This document shows, one piece after another, positions 51,947 to 64,000 of a stretch of 64,000 bases of DNA (position 1 is the first letter of the stretch; every line of letters begins with the position of its first letter). Source of the DNA: Octopus sinensis (Eukaryota); contig NC_042998.1 of NCBI RefSeq assembly GCF_006345805.1, forward strand, positions 28,148,001 to 28,212,000, read 5' to 3'. A program made the translations under genes and the position numbers. The notes under the pieces are model-generated. The model made no database searches. It was not told the origin of the DNA and worked only from the letters and a program-made list of their open reading frames with translations.

Positions 51947-52285
51947 TTAGGGCAGCGGACTCGCGGTCGTAGGATATATATAAATACAGATACAGAGATG
52001 AATGTATTTGTGTGTGTACCTATTGAGATACTCATATAAAAAAAAAGTGCAGATATTCCTCTATGGTAAGAAGTTAGATTTCCAACCATGAGGTTCTGGG
52101 TTCCGTCTCATTGGGTCCCGTCACACATGGGCAAGCGTCTTCTGCTCTAGTTTCGAGCCGACTAGAGTCTTGTGCGTGGATTTCGAAGACAAAAACTGAA
52201 GGAAGTCTGTCGTGTATATATTCTTTTAATTGTTTCCGTCATTTGACTACGACCAAGCTGGAGCACCGCCATTAATGGTTTTAGT

Positions 52286-52341
<56 letters not shown>

Positions 52342-52645
52342 TATATATATATGCGACTGGCTTCTTTCGGATTCCGTCAAATCCATACACAAGGCCTTGG
52401 TCGGCCCGAGGGTATAGTCGAAGACAGTTGCTAAAGATGCCACGAAGTGGGACTAAACTCTTGAACCATGCGGTTGGGAATATAGCTTCTTACCACACAT
52501 GCGACTGTATGTGTGTGTGTTTATTACCATAGAGGAATATCTGCACTTTGTTTTATTTGGGTATCTCAATAGGTACACACACAAATACATTCATCTCTAT
52601 ATCTGTATTTATATATATCCTACGACCGAGAGTCCGCTGCCCTAA
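51947..52645. repeat. Inverted duplication (about 122-bp arms) enclosing two opposed family B SINE fragments
   Basis: 51947-52069 is close to the reverse complement of 52524-52645. Confidence 0.85.
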
Positions 52646-52699
52646 TTGTCGTCTAAATTACGCAAAAAGGAAAATGACTCCGACATAATATTTTAACAG

Positions 52700-53234
52700 A
52701 TATTTTTACCAAGGTTACATGAAAATAACTTGAAATACTAAAGAGTAAATTTATTCAATAAAATCGCCATTGGAGAGCCACGGTCTCCAGACGACTTCGG
52801 AATCTCAAGCAACTCTTCCGGTCAGTTTCCTGATTGACTTAGAAAGATCATTGTCAATCATGGCCTGGATCTCACCAAAAATTTCAGGAGTTCTTTTCCT
52901 ACGGGAATGACCAAGGTGAGTTTTCCGAGCTGTCGTACCTTTCTAATTGCCATTAGAGTCATTCAACACTTTATGAATCCTCTGTAGTGTCCTCAAATTG
53001 GCATCCAAACACTCTGAAATGTTTGTATTGGAGCTTCCGGCGCAAATGCCAAACAGTACAGGATGTAGTTTCCAAATTTCTGGCAGAGTGAATTGCCTCA
53101 TTGTCCTGTTTTTCTCACAGACGGTGTCCATCTGACACTCCTATGCTGTGTAGTCGACAAATTCGAAAGCAAGCAATGTGCATGTGTGAAATTAAAAGTA
53201 CAAAATGTTAACGATATACATATCGCACGCTGTA
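52700..53234 (-). mobile_element. maT-like deletion derivative, same family as 39114
   Basis: Shared TTTATTCAATAAAATCG…GACGACTTCGGAATCTC and GTTTCCAAATTTCTGGCAGAG blocks. Confidence 0.8.
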
Positions 53235-53478
53235 TATATATATATATATGTGTGTGTGTCCCAGCCGCTTGACAACCGGTATTGATGTGGTTACCAGTTA
53301 GAATAATGTCAGGCTTTAAAAATATAACTAATGTGCCCGATTCGTTCGTCTGAATTTCTTCAAAGCCGTGCCCCAACATGGCCGCACTCAAATGAGTGAA
53401 ACATGTAAAAATGTGAAAGATAAAAGATAGCAAGCAATAAAAATTAACAAAACTGTTTAGAATTGTCTACGAAATATA

Positions 53479-53706
53479 TATTTCTTTATTGCCCACAAGG
53501 AGCTAAACACAGAGGGGACAAACAAAGACAGACAAAGGGATTAAGTCTACTACATCGACCCCAGTGCGTAACTGGTACTTTATTTATCGACCCCGAAAGG
53601 ATGAAAGGCAAAGTCGACCTCGGCGGAATTTGAACTCGGAACGTATCGACAGACGAAATACGGCTACGCATTTCGCCAGACGTGCTAACGTTTCTGCCAG
53701 CTCGCC
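53479..53706 (-). mobile_element. SINE family A
   Basis: Full-length. Confidence 0.9.
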
Positions 53707-53867
53707 AGATTACTTATTTTATAAACCTTGAACTTTATGTAAATCAGTATTATCTGTATCAGTGAATATTTCCCGAAGAACAATATATTATCTTCGGTGA
53801 ATTACGCTCATTTCCATATAAATGCGAACTATACTACAACTATTCATAAATCTCTCTCTATATATAT

Positions 53868-54095
53868 TTCTTTATAGCCCACAAGGGACTAAACAGAGAG
53901 GGGAAAAACAAGGACAGACAAACGGATTAAGTCGATTACATCGATCCCAGTGCGAAACTGGTACTTTATTTATTGACGCCGAAAGAATGATAGGTAAATC
54001 GACCTCGGCGGAATTTGAACTCAGAACGTAACGACAGACGAAATACCGTTAAGCATTTCGTCCGGCGTGCTAACGTTTCTGCCAGCTCGCACCCC
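53868..54095 (-). mobile_element. SINE family A with 21-bp target duplication
   Basis: TAAATCTCTCTCTATATATAT at 53847-67 and 54096-116. Confidence 0.9.
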
Positions 54096-54099
54096 TAAA

Positions 54100-54485
54100 T
54101 CTCTCTCTATATATATAAAGCTGAAGTTATCTGTGTATGGCAGGTTTGGTAGCCTTCAACTAAGTCTATCTCCTCCGAGATCCTGCGGCGCAAGTTGACC
54201 AAAATTGAGAGTATGATAGAAGAAGGCTTGCTCTTCCTTCCGTAGAAGAAAACATTCAAATCGGACCAAAAATTATTTACATCAAAAAGGTGCTTTTTTT
54301 TCTATGAAAATCCCTATTTTTTACGATTTTTTGACTGTTGTGTCGCCATTTTTTGGTGTATTTCAACCAGAAAAATGTTCACTTAAAGAGAATAACAAGC
54401 TACATAATGCAAAATTTTTACTTTTAAAAAATTCCAGTTCTAAAGGGTCGAAATAAACCCGAGCAATGCCGGGTGATACTGCTAG
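54100..54485 (+). mobile_element. Non-autonomous Helitron
   Basis: 5' TC after A, 3' hairpin CCCGAGCAATGCCGGG (54458-73), then CTAG followed by T. Confidence 0.8.
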
Positions 54486-55413
54486 TAATGTTTACTCGAA
54501 AATTATGTAATATTTAAATCAGAAATCTATCACACATTTTAGTAGACTACGCTTCTTTCAAAATGTCCGAGTTTTTATAATGTCGATATCCTTTTATGAG
54601 ATAATTATAACAACAAAGAGTCATAGTTTAGAATCTGTCCATAAGTCTCTGTGAGAAATATCAAATAATTGGCTTTTAGTGGTTTTAGTTGTGTAAAACA
54701 ATGAATTAAACTTTACAGTATAGAGTAAGTTAATGAAGAGATGAATTGAATCAGTTGTAAGAGGATTTACGAAAATCTCTATGATTACATAATAGACTTT
54801 TCTGATAAACGATTCTATTTTATATCGAAATAACATTCTCTATAGAGTACATACATTGAACCATTGAAATCTATTATGATAATATCTTGCGTACAACAGA
54901 TTGGATTCAAAAGAAATATTCTAATGGATGCGAATAATAGATTAATTAATATGACTGGCCAGGATAGATTCTCTGACTAGGAGGTATGTGTGACGGTTTT
55001 CAACTAAATCTTCCTGCATAGAATTTATTGAGTATATTGAATCTCTGAAACTGATGTTAGATTCTTATATTTAGGTTTAAGATTAGAGGAAGAAACTAGC
55101 ACTGAAGCATGTGAGTATTTCATTGTTCTCTTCACTATATCCACTGCGTTGATTGGCATTTTGCATAATTTCTAATGAGATTATTCCTTTTATATTTTCG
55201 TTCCATTTGAATCAGAAAATGTATACCTTTGAATACAATTGATGATATGTTCCTTTGAATTTGTGTTTATGCACTGCTGTTTACCGGTATTGAACATGGC
55301 GTATAGATAGTTATATTATGTTCTTATCCTTCTTCGTTTGAAGCTAGCATTTGAATTTGTTGCTTATATGAAACCATGACAGCGTATTATGTGGTAATAG
55401 TTATTTGCTGATT

Positions 55414-55900
55414 AAGACGGCGAGTTGGCAGAATCGTTAGCACGCCGGGCGAAATGCGTAGCCGTATTTCGTCTTTCGTTACGTTCTGAGTTCAACTTCC
55501 ACCGAGGTCGACTTTGCCTTTCATCCTTAAGGGGTCGATAAATTAAGTACCAGTTACGCACTGGGGTCGATGTAATCAACTTAATCCGATTGTCTGTCCA
55601 TGTTTGTCTCCTCTGTGTTTAGCCCCTTGTGGGTAGTATAGAAATAAGAATCGTTAGCACGCCGGGCAAAATGTTTAGCGGTAATTCGTCCGTCTTTACG
55701 TTTTGAGTTCAAATTCCGCCGTGGTCGACTTTTCCTTTCATCCTTTCAGGCTCAATAAATTAAGTACCAATTGCGTACAGGGGTCGATCTAATCGACTGC
55801 CCTCCCTCGCAAAAACAAAAAAGAAAAATTGAGTGCTGGGGCTCGATGTAACCGACTAATCCCCTACGCCAAAATTGCAGGCTTTGTGCTAAGGTTTGAA
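55414..55900 (+). mobile_element. Tandem family A SINE composite
   Basis: Full unit, second unit starting AATCGTTAGCACG, third tail fragment. Confidence 0.85.
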
Positions 55901-56159
55901 ATCAATATTTCATAAGTAAAACAGGAAAAAGTGATCATGTAACCGAAACGACCACCACACTCACACACAAAATCTTTGAACATGAATCAGATAAAATAAT
56001 TAAAAAAAATTTGAACCCAGCAAACCCAATGCATAACGATCTCTGCGCTGCTCATATAAAATCTAAAAATACTAATTAAGAAACGTTGCTAATGTTTTGT
56101 TCAATGGATACGATACATTTATAAGAGACTGGAAAAGGATTTAGCTTAAAATATTTTAA

Positions 56160-56395
56160 CACATGGTGTTCAAAAAGTCTCTCCACAATGAATGTTTTCA
56201 TCCTGCTCATCACCATGGCGCCACTTCAAGAATTTTTTGGTGAACGGATTATTTCGAAGGGACTTTGGCCACAAAGATCATCTGATTTAACACCGTCAGA
56301 TTTTTTTCTGGGGAGCAAGTAAAAGATCAGTGTGAAAGAATCGCCCCGAAAACCATTAAATACTTACTGCGGAGATACCTTTTGAACACTCTGTA
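56160..56395 (+). mobile_element. Tc1/mariner-superfamily MITE
   Basis: Ends CATGGTGTTCAAAAAGTCTC / GAGATACCTTTTGAACACTCTG-TA; internal GLWPQRSSDLTPSDFF (WPxxSPDL motif). Confidence 0.8.
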
Positions 56396-57849
56396 GCTTA
56401 GAAACGTAGTTCTTAGATTTAGAATTAATTCATATCAGACTTTACTATATGAAAGATACCTCACTGTCAATTATTGATATAACGCTTGATCTGCCAAAAG
56501 CTGCTGTTCGCAACAACTTCATAGAACAATATTTATAGGTCAAATGGTAAAGGTACTTTTCAGACCAGTTTTATGCAAGTAATTGTCAAGCGAATTTCGT
56601 GACACACAGAGAATGGAATAATACTTGACATAGAAGACTACTGTGTCTTCTTCGACTCTTGCATTTATGTGTTCTTTCTATAGACGAGTGATTAGTGATA
56701 CGTGATGCAGACACATTTTGGTTTACGAGGAAATTGAGCAAAGTAAATCTTGCGATATAACGTGACGTCGTAACGTGTGAAAGCGGACATATCTCTAAAT
56801 TGATCAGTTGTTTAAACCATGACGTCTTTCTCTGCATAAAATGGCGACTATGGGGAAAAATGATATTATAGTTGAATGTAAAATAGTTGAGAGAGAGAGA
56901 GGGAGGGGGTATTAAGTGTCTTAAAAAGTATGTAGTCAGAGTTAAGAGAAAGTATATCATTAATGAGCAAAGTATTCAGAGAGATAGGCTGTAAAATCAT
57001 GAGGCAATCCCGTATTCATTATATCGAAAGATAGAAAATATTTCCTTTCAACTGATGTAATATACTATAAATTAGAAATGCACTTGAATGCTAATGCCGC
57101 TATCATATAAAATTGGATGAAGCCCATTTCATTCCATCGTTTTTATCTTACAATAGAGATCGGACGAACCAATATAACCGGTCAAAAATATTGATTTCAA
57201 CGAATACTAATTTATTTAGCGCCTATTGTCCGAATCTGTCGATTAGGTAATTTGGACTGAATAGTTCCATTTCAATGTCTACACGCTAAGTAAAAGTTGT
57301 TCAAATATAGCTCTGGAAAAGAGATAAAAAGGAGAAAATATTCAGAAACATACTTCATAAAGACGTTGAATGATTGCATGAAAACGTCTAATTTATTGAC
57401 AAAATAGGCCTTAAAATTAGATCTAATTTGATTTCTCTAAATGTATTGCTAATTTCTAAGCATTCATCAATACATGGATTCTGAATCTTTATTTAACTGG
57501 GTCTCCATTAAAGTAATGAATAAATGATAGAATATAATGAACAAAATTGTTAACTGGTTTTCTGAAATGTCACTGCAGAAGTAAAATCAATGGCGTCAGG
57601 TGTATGGAGCTGGAGAAAAATACGAACAGAATTCGGAATGGTATCAATTGATGAATATAATTTGTAGAGAAGAGTGGAAACTTTTTTTTCTGTTCAACTG
57701 GGTCAACTAAAATGTCTGATATTATTATATCATATAATTTCTGACAGAGTCTGGGGGAAAATTACGTTAATTACGAACTTACCTTTATAAGAGCTAATCT
57801 AGCCAACTGAATTTGTATTCGTTACTTATAATGATTATAACAACACAAC

Positions 57850-58037
57850 TATAATAATAATAATAATAATGATGATGATGATGATGATGATGATGATGTT
57901 GATGATAATGATGATACTAATACTAATAATGATAATAATAATAATGATGATGATGATAATGATGCTGCTGCTGCTACTACTACTACTACCACCACTAATA
58001 ATAATAATAATGATGATGATGATGATGATAATGACGA

Positions 58038-58093
<56 letters not shown>

Positions 58094-58180
58094 ATAATAA
58101 TAATAATAATTATAATAACGACGACGACAATGATATAATAATAATAATAATAATATTATTAATAATAATAATAATAATAA
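57850..58180. repeat. (AAT)/(GAT)/(ACT)n compound repeat
   Basis: Direct repeats. Confidence 0.95.
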
Positions 58181-58555
58181 TGGTGGTGGAAAAGATGCAG
58201 CACATGTGCTATATAGTTGATTTTAGTACCACTTTGACCCGCGAATAACCAAGAAGGAAGGCGAAAACATAAATAAATACAACCCTCTTAAGTATGAAGA
58301 AGGTGAATGTAGTGCCAATTATTGTCGGGTCCTTGGGAAGCGTCTCACAAGGCATCAAGAAGAACATAAATCAAATTGGAATAGAATGCCCAACAGAGCC
58401 TTACAAAAAGTTTACCTCCTTCGCTCGTTCAGAATAATTAGGAAAGTATTAGATATTTGAAACGAACAAATAGCATGGTATTGTAGGCTGCTGGCAGCAA
58501 GTCGGATACGCCTGAAAGACTCCAGGGACTCCCACAAAACCTGTGATAAAATAAC
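58181..58555 (+). mobile_element. RLE-type LINE 3' fragment in an AAT tract
   Basis: KKVNVVPIIVGSLGSV…LQKVYLLRSFRIIRKVLDI*; (AAC/AAT)n tail. Confidence 0.85.
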
Positions 58556-58611
58556 AACAACAACAATAATAATAATAATAATAATGATAATTATTATTAT
58601 TATTATTATTT

Positions 58612-59433
58612 TCTACTCTAGGCAAAACGCCCGAAATTTTTGGGGAGGGGCCCAGTCGATTAGATCCACCCCATTACGCAACTGGTACTTAATTTATCGA
58701 CCCCGAAAAGATGAAAGGCAAAGTCGACCTCGGCGGAATTTGAACTCAGAACGTAACGGCAGACGAAATACCTATTTCTTTACTACCCACAAGGGGCTAA
58801 ACACAGAGAGGACAAACAAGGACAGACAAACGGATTAAGTCGATTATATCGACCCCAGTGCATAACTGGTATTTAATTTATTGACACCGAAAGGATGAAA
58901 GGCAAAGTCGACCTCGGCGGAATTTGAACTCAGAACGTACCGGCGGATGAAATACCGCTACGCATTTCGCCCGGTGTGCTAGCGTTTCTGCCAGCTAGCT
59001 GCCCTCATTTTCATGTATATTTTTTTTTATTGTCTACAGGGTTTAAACTTACAGGGGACAAAAAAGGACAGACAAAGGGATTAAGTGGATTACATCAACC
59101 CCAGTGTGTAACTGGTACTTATTTAATCGACCCTGAAAGGACGAAAGACAAAGTCGACCTCGGCGGAATTTGAACATAGAACGTAACGGCAGACGAAATA
59201 CCTATTTCTTTACTATCCACAAGGGGCTACACACAGAGGGGACAAACAATGATAGACAAACGGATTAAGTGGATTATATCGACCCCAGTGCGTAACTGGT
59301 ACTTAATTTATCGACCCCGAAAGGATGAAAGGCAAAGTCGACCTCGGCGGAATTTGAACTCAGAACGTAGCGGCAGACGAAATACGACTACGCATTTCGC
59401 CTGGTGTGCTAACGTTTCTGCCAGCTCACCGCC
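58612..59433 (-). mobile_element. Array of four family A SINE units (two full plus headless pairs)
   Basis: Junction GAAATAC|CTATTTC at 58771/2 and 59201/2. Confidence 0.9.
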
Positions 59434-60269
59434 CTCATTTGCAAGCATATATTTGCATATATTGCTGCGCAACTGCTATTGGCGATGGCGTATTTCAAAT
59501 TACAGTTATTCTCCTCATCATCACGAACGTTATGTCATCAACAGCTTAATCATTATCTCATATATAATCGTAATCACCTCATTCATCAATTCATAAAATT
59601 ATAAGTGTATTACATTATTCCATTAAACTCATCTTCAGGTTTAACGGAGTGGAATAAGTTTATAATTTCGTAGTTTCTTTTCAATCTCGTCATCATTATG
59701 AAGTGCTGTATGTTTTTAATTCTGTAAATTACGTTTCTTTGTATGACCCCTATTCTTGGAGTTAATGCGTTTAAATTAGATTGAGAATAGAAAGGTGCTT
59801 TCACCAAGTCGCGAATTACCTTTGTCGCAACGTATAACAAATACTTTGTTGATATTAAATTATTCGGTGTAATTCTCTTCGGGTTACAAAAGAGAGAATT
59901 CACTGGAATTGGCAATAGTTGATGTGAATGGTATTTCTTAATTAAAGCGAACTCCCTCGGTTGAGAATGAGGAAATATTTGAATCCGATATGTGAAGTGA
60001 ATGGTATTAACCCTACTTGTCTTCGTTTCACTATCAATAGTTATAGATATACTGATAAATGACCTGGCTGGCCGAATTCTAACAGTTTGAGGCTCGGACT
60101 AGAATAAATTGATTCAATCCTTCAAAAGTGAACGCATTTTAAAAACCACAAGATGCTGAACGATAAAGCTAAATTTATTATCCTTCGGACTGAGGTGACA
60201 CAGGGACAACATCAAATAATTTCTTCTAAAATAGACACAAATCCTATTTTTGGGGGATGAGCTTTAATC

Positions 60270-61125
60270 AATATCATCAGCATTAGTATTTTGTTGGTGT
60301 CTTGTTTTTTTGACCTATGAGGATGAATGGTGAAGCTAACGTTGGCTATACTTGAAATCATGAGTTAAAAAGATGAAAGAACTATGTCGAGCTTTTTCTC
60401 TGATGCTCTAACATCTCTGCTAATCACCCATAGAGTGGGGTTGTCAGGAATTTTGAGGCTTCAGTTTTTGTCGATTACATTGATCTGTACTTGACTGGTA
60501 CTATATTTTATGAAACCCCGACGGATTTCATTATAGAGTGTCCTAGCTACAACATCATCTCTCATCGTTAGATAATACCGTGACGACATTTTCGGACAAC
60601 TGCTTGTGATGTGGGTGATATCTTCAGTCTCTGCATCGGTTTTCATATTTCGATGTTTTCCCTGTATCTCTATCCCTTTTGTGCATCAGGTACTTTGTTG
60701 ATATATCCTGTTCCTGGATTCCATACCTTTCAAAGTGGGAGTTTTGATGATTGATGTTAGTATCATTACAGAACTTCCTACTAACATATCCATGCATAGT
60801 CTTTTGCTCATATAGGATCATCCTTTCATCTGTTGATATGTTGCGGTAGAGTTGTGCGACTTCTTTGGACATGTATTCTAGGTTATCAGACGAAGAACGT
60901 TGCTCAAGGAACTGCCTTCCAAGTCTTACGATGTTACCAGCCTCATGTATGCAAACTTGGTCAAAGGATGCACTTCGACACTTGGTTGTTAAAAGATGTT
61001 GCCAAAGGGATATGATGCGGCATTCAAAGGCATTTTGGATCGATGTGAAGCCTCTGCCACCTTGTTTTCGTTTTAGGTAGAAGCGGTCTACGTCACGTTT
61101 TCGTTTTCGGTAGTGGCAGTCCACG
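60270..61125 (-). mobile_element. RLE-type LINE fragment
   Basis: DVDRFYLKRKQGGRG, KTMHGY, ETEDITHITSSC…RDDVVA motifs. Confidence 0.85.
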
Positions 61126-62754
61126 TCTCTGTGTATCTATGTATGCATATATGTATGTGTGTGTGTGTGTTTGTGTTGTATTTGTCCTTACTATCCCTTG
61201 TTGGTTTGTTTACTTTTCCATTACTTAGTGATTCGGCAAAATTATAACAGAAAATATAAATTTCCGTTTGTTCGAATAAATAAATCGAGGCATCGCTCGA
61301 GCAGTCGAATGACTGAAAGAAATGAAAGCTAAAAGAAAGCCTTTCGTCCCACGCTCTAATGACTTTCTCTGTCCAAAACTAAATAATGAAATGAATTTAT
61401 TTCGACGTTTTACAACTCTTAATTGAAAGATAATCTGAAAATAATATCCATACATGTTAAGACTGAACTGTGCCACCTGCTTAAATAATTTTCTGCAATA
61501 TTGAGATTTAAGAAGCAAATTGATATCATAAGCCAGAACATGGTGAAACTGGAGATTACGTTAGTATTTTAGAAGAAATTTACAAATATTTATTACTAAA
61601 TGTCAGTATTCATTGCTTTTTAACAAGAGACTCAATCGATCTCGTAATGAGCAAAATATTAGCTGTGTTTGAACTCGTTATATAGAAGACTGAAGCTTCT
61701 ACTCAAACCGATTTTTCTCAGCTCAAGAACAGTCAGCATTTAAACGTTATGAACACTTTCCTTTGTAGTATATAACACAATAAAATTTTTAAAAGAAAGA
61801 CAATTGGTTGATTAAATTGTTCTTTCTAATATTTAAATATACTGACTTCGTATAAATGTATTAAGAGGTAGGAAGCTGGTTATTATGAGTAAAAAGAAAC
61901 TGCATTTCAGGTAAACTTAGGTTTGCCTTTAGATGTATAAAGTATAAGAAATCTACAGTAAATAAGAAACATAATTATTTCTGTAATGAAACTATGAAAG
62001 TAATTTCATACTTAATATTGTTAAGAGTATCTCGGTTGCAGGGTGCCGAAAAAGAAATTCCATACGATATTTAAACAAATTAGACCAATTAAGCATTCAT
62101 TTAATATTTTATACTCACAAATAAAAAAAAATGTTATCTATAAACCATGGCTATAATTATCGCATCGCAATTTCTATTTAAAATTCATCATGGAAAATTA
62201 TATTAACAAACGAACACTGAAATTTAAATACATTATTCTCATAAATATGGTGTAGAGGGAATTGAAGTTTATCAATAATTACTCTAGAAATACTTTTAAT
62301 GCTTAATTTGAAATATTCCTGTATTTATCATTATATTTTATCGATCGTGACAAATGAACCAAAATTGCATTTAAGCAACTAATTTCAGTTTAATATAATA
62401 TCATTATTGATGATAAATCACGAATACGTTCCTCGACCTTCAAACTTGCAAATTATTTTGTAACCTGCGATGGAGTTGCTGAAACTGGGATACAAAACAT
62501 CTTCGTTGAAACTTGAGAAGTGTTCGAATTGAATATTGAATTTTATATATTAGCACAAGATAACATTTATGGGTACGTTATAATCTATCACATCAACATC
62601 AATACTGAATTGACTTTATTTATCGATTTTATTTATTGAACCTGAGAGGATGAAAGTTAACTTATGGGAATTTTAAGTAAAAACTTAAGGAAATGAACTT
62701 GAATGAATTTTTCCAATGCTGTAAATCATGCCACCAACCTAACGTCCTCAGTAA

Positions 62755-62886
<132 letters not shown>

Positions 62887-63050
62887 ACAAAGTTGAGTTG
62901 TGGGGTATCGCACGAGTGGAATTATATACGAAAGAAGGTTTGAAAATGCAATTTAAAAGATGTTTATTTACTTAACCGGTTTCACCCTTTGGAAACAGAT
63001 TGTCAAAAGTAACATAGAATATTATGAATTCAAAAATGTTTTTTTACATA

Positions 63051-63386
63051 ATTGCCACATTACATGTATATATATACATTCTTTGGTAACAGGGACATGT
63101 TAAGGACATAAAGAAGTACAACAGTGTGATGAGAATATTTGAAAAAATGGGCAGAAAAGAATAAAACAAATATATTATTGGAAGTTTGGTTGCGTTAATT
63201 ATTGGTTGTTGCAAATTGCCACATTACATGTATATATACAGTCTTTGGTAACAAGGACATGTTAAGGACATAAGAAAGTACAACAGTATGATGAGAATAT
63301 TTGAAAAAATGGGCAGAAAAGATTAAAATAAATATATGTCCGTTTTAGCAGAAATGTTGAATTCAACATTCCTGCTAAAACGGACA
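63051..63386. repeat. About 125-bp direct duplication followed by a 50-bp palindrome
   Basis: 63051-63175 repeats at about 63215-63336; TGTCCGTTTTAGCAGAAATGTT-GAATTC-AACATTCCTGCTAAAACGGACA at 63337-63386. Confidence 0.85.
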
Positions 63387-64000
63387 GGTCAGTAAACAAG
63401 CTCGCCTTGAATTCATAATATTCTGTACTGACCCTAAGATGTATAATATATTTATTATCATGAATAATCCATCGTATTTTAAAGTATGTTGAAACAAGAA
63501 GCAGATTACGCCACTGTTAAGATTGCTGTGTGCATTTTGATTTCGCAATTAATTCTTGAAGTTTCATCGACAGAGTAGAGCTTCCGTCTGTAGTTTGTTT
63601 GCTTCTGCGTCTCTAGAAATGCCTAAAGAGACGGAAATGTTTCTAACACCTAAGATTTCATCACAGGCACCAGATACCGGTGTATGGATTACAGCACAGC
63701 AGTCTTTAAATTGGACTCGCGTGGCATTCCCGTCCGTCCTACTCAGGATAATATGTGTTAGACATAACTTTCGAAGTTGTTACTCAGAAGAGAAAGATGA
63801 GGCTTTTTCTACTCTTGTGCGCATCTCAGGTGTGTTTGTCTGACCATATTGCCTTGTTGATTCAGTGATGTCCGACAACATGCAGGTGACAATGTACACG
63901 TATGAAATCAGAGATCTCAGATGAAGCGAATATTCTTCAAAGGTTCTTATGTTTTAAGCACTGGATCAAATGCTAAAACGCACAAGAATAACACAGAAAA

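Noticed and set aside
56586-56960. 124-aa minus-strand ORF
   Set aside because: Runs through a (GA)n tract and has low-information composition
58612-59433. Regularly spaced repeats as a CRISPR-like array
   Set aside because: Units are SINE bodies of about 200 bp; eukaryotic context, no unique spacers or cas genes
59610-59915. 101-aa minus-strand ORF
   Set aside because: No recognisable motif or splice context; cannot support coding status
63556-63843. 95-aa plus ORF with a largely open antisense frame
   Set aside because: Unique sequence, but no homology recognisable by eye and near the window edge

Overview
AT-rich, repeat-dominated animal DNA. The tRNA-derived SINE families, huge (TA)n tracts, mariner/maT relics and RLE-type LINEs match what I know of octopus genomes (organism assignment is inference). 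I can support no intact host gene, rRNA, functional tRNA gene or CRISPR array, and almost all listed ORFs are microsatellite or repeat artefacts. Content: more than 25 SINE copies from about 5 families; decayed LINEs (L1/Tx1, RTE, CR1/L2-like, and an R2-superclade cluster sitting in (TAA)n); Tc1/mariner derivatives; a hAT-like MITE; a non-autonomous Helitron; foldback elements; and many Penelope-type (PLE) remnants carrying minimal hammerhead-ribozyme (HHR) motifs. Highlights: (1) a 2.8-kb insert with near-identical terminal inverted repeats whose interior shows strand-specific C loss with CpG spared, suggesting enzymatic hypermutation, and which hides an unidentified relic reading frame; (2) about 8 HHR motifs, one nearly intact and one inside a tRNA-headed SINE; (3) long palindromes built from PLE ends; (4) LINEs stacked in TAA repeats; (5) a recurrent SINE-SINE junction; (6) a few weak candidate host exons. 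All counts were made by eye; repeat boundaries are approximate.
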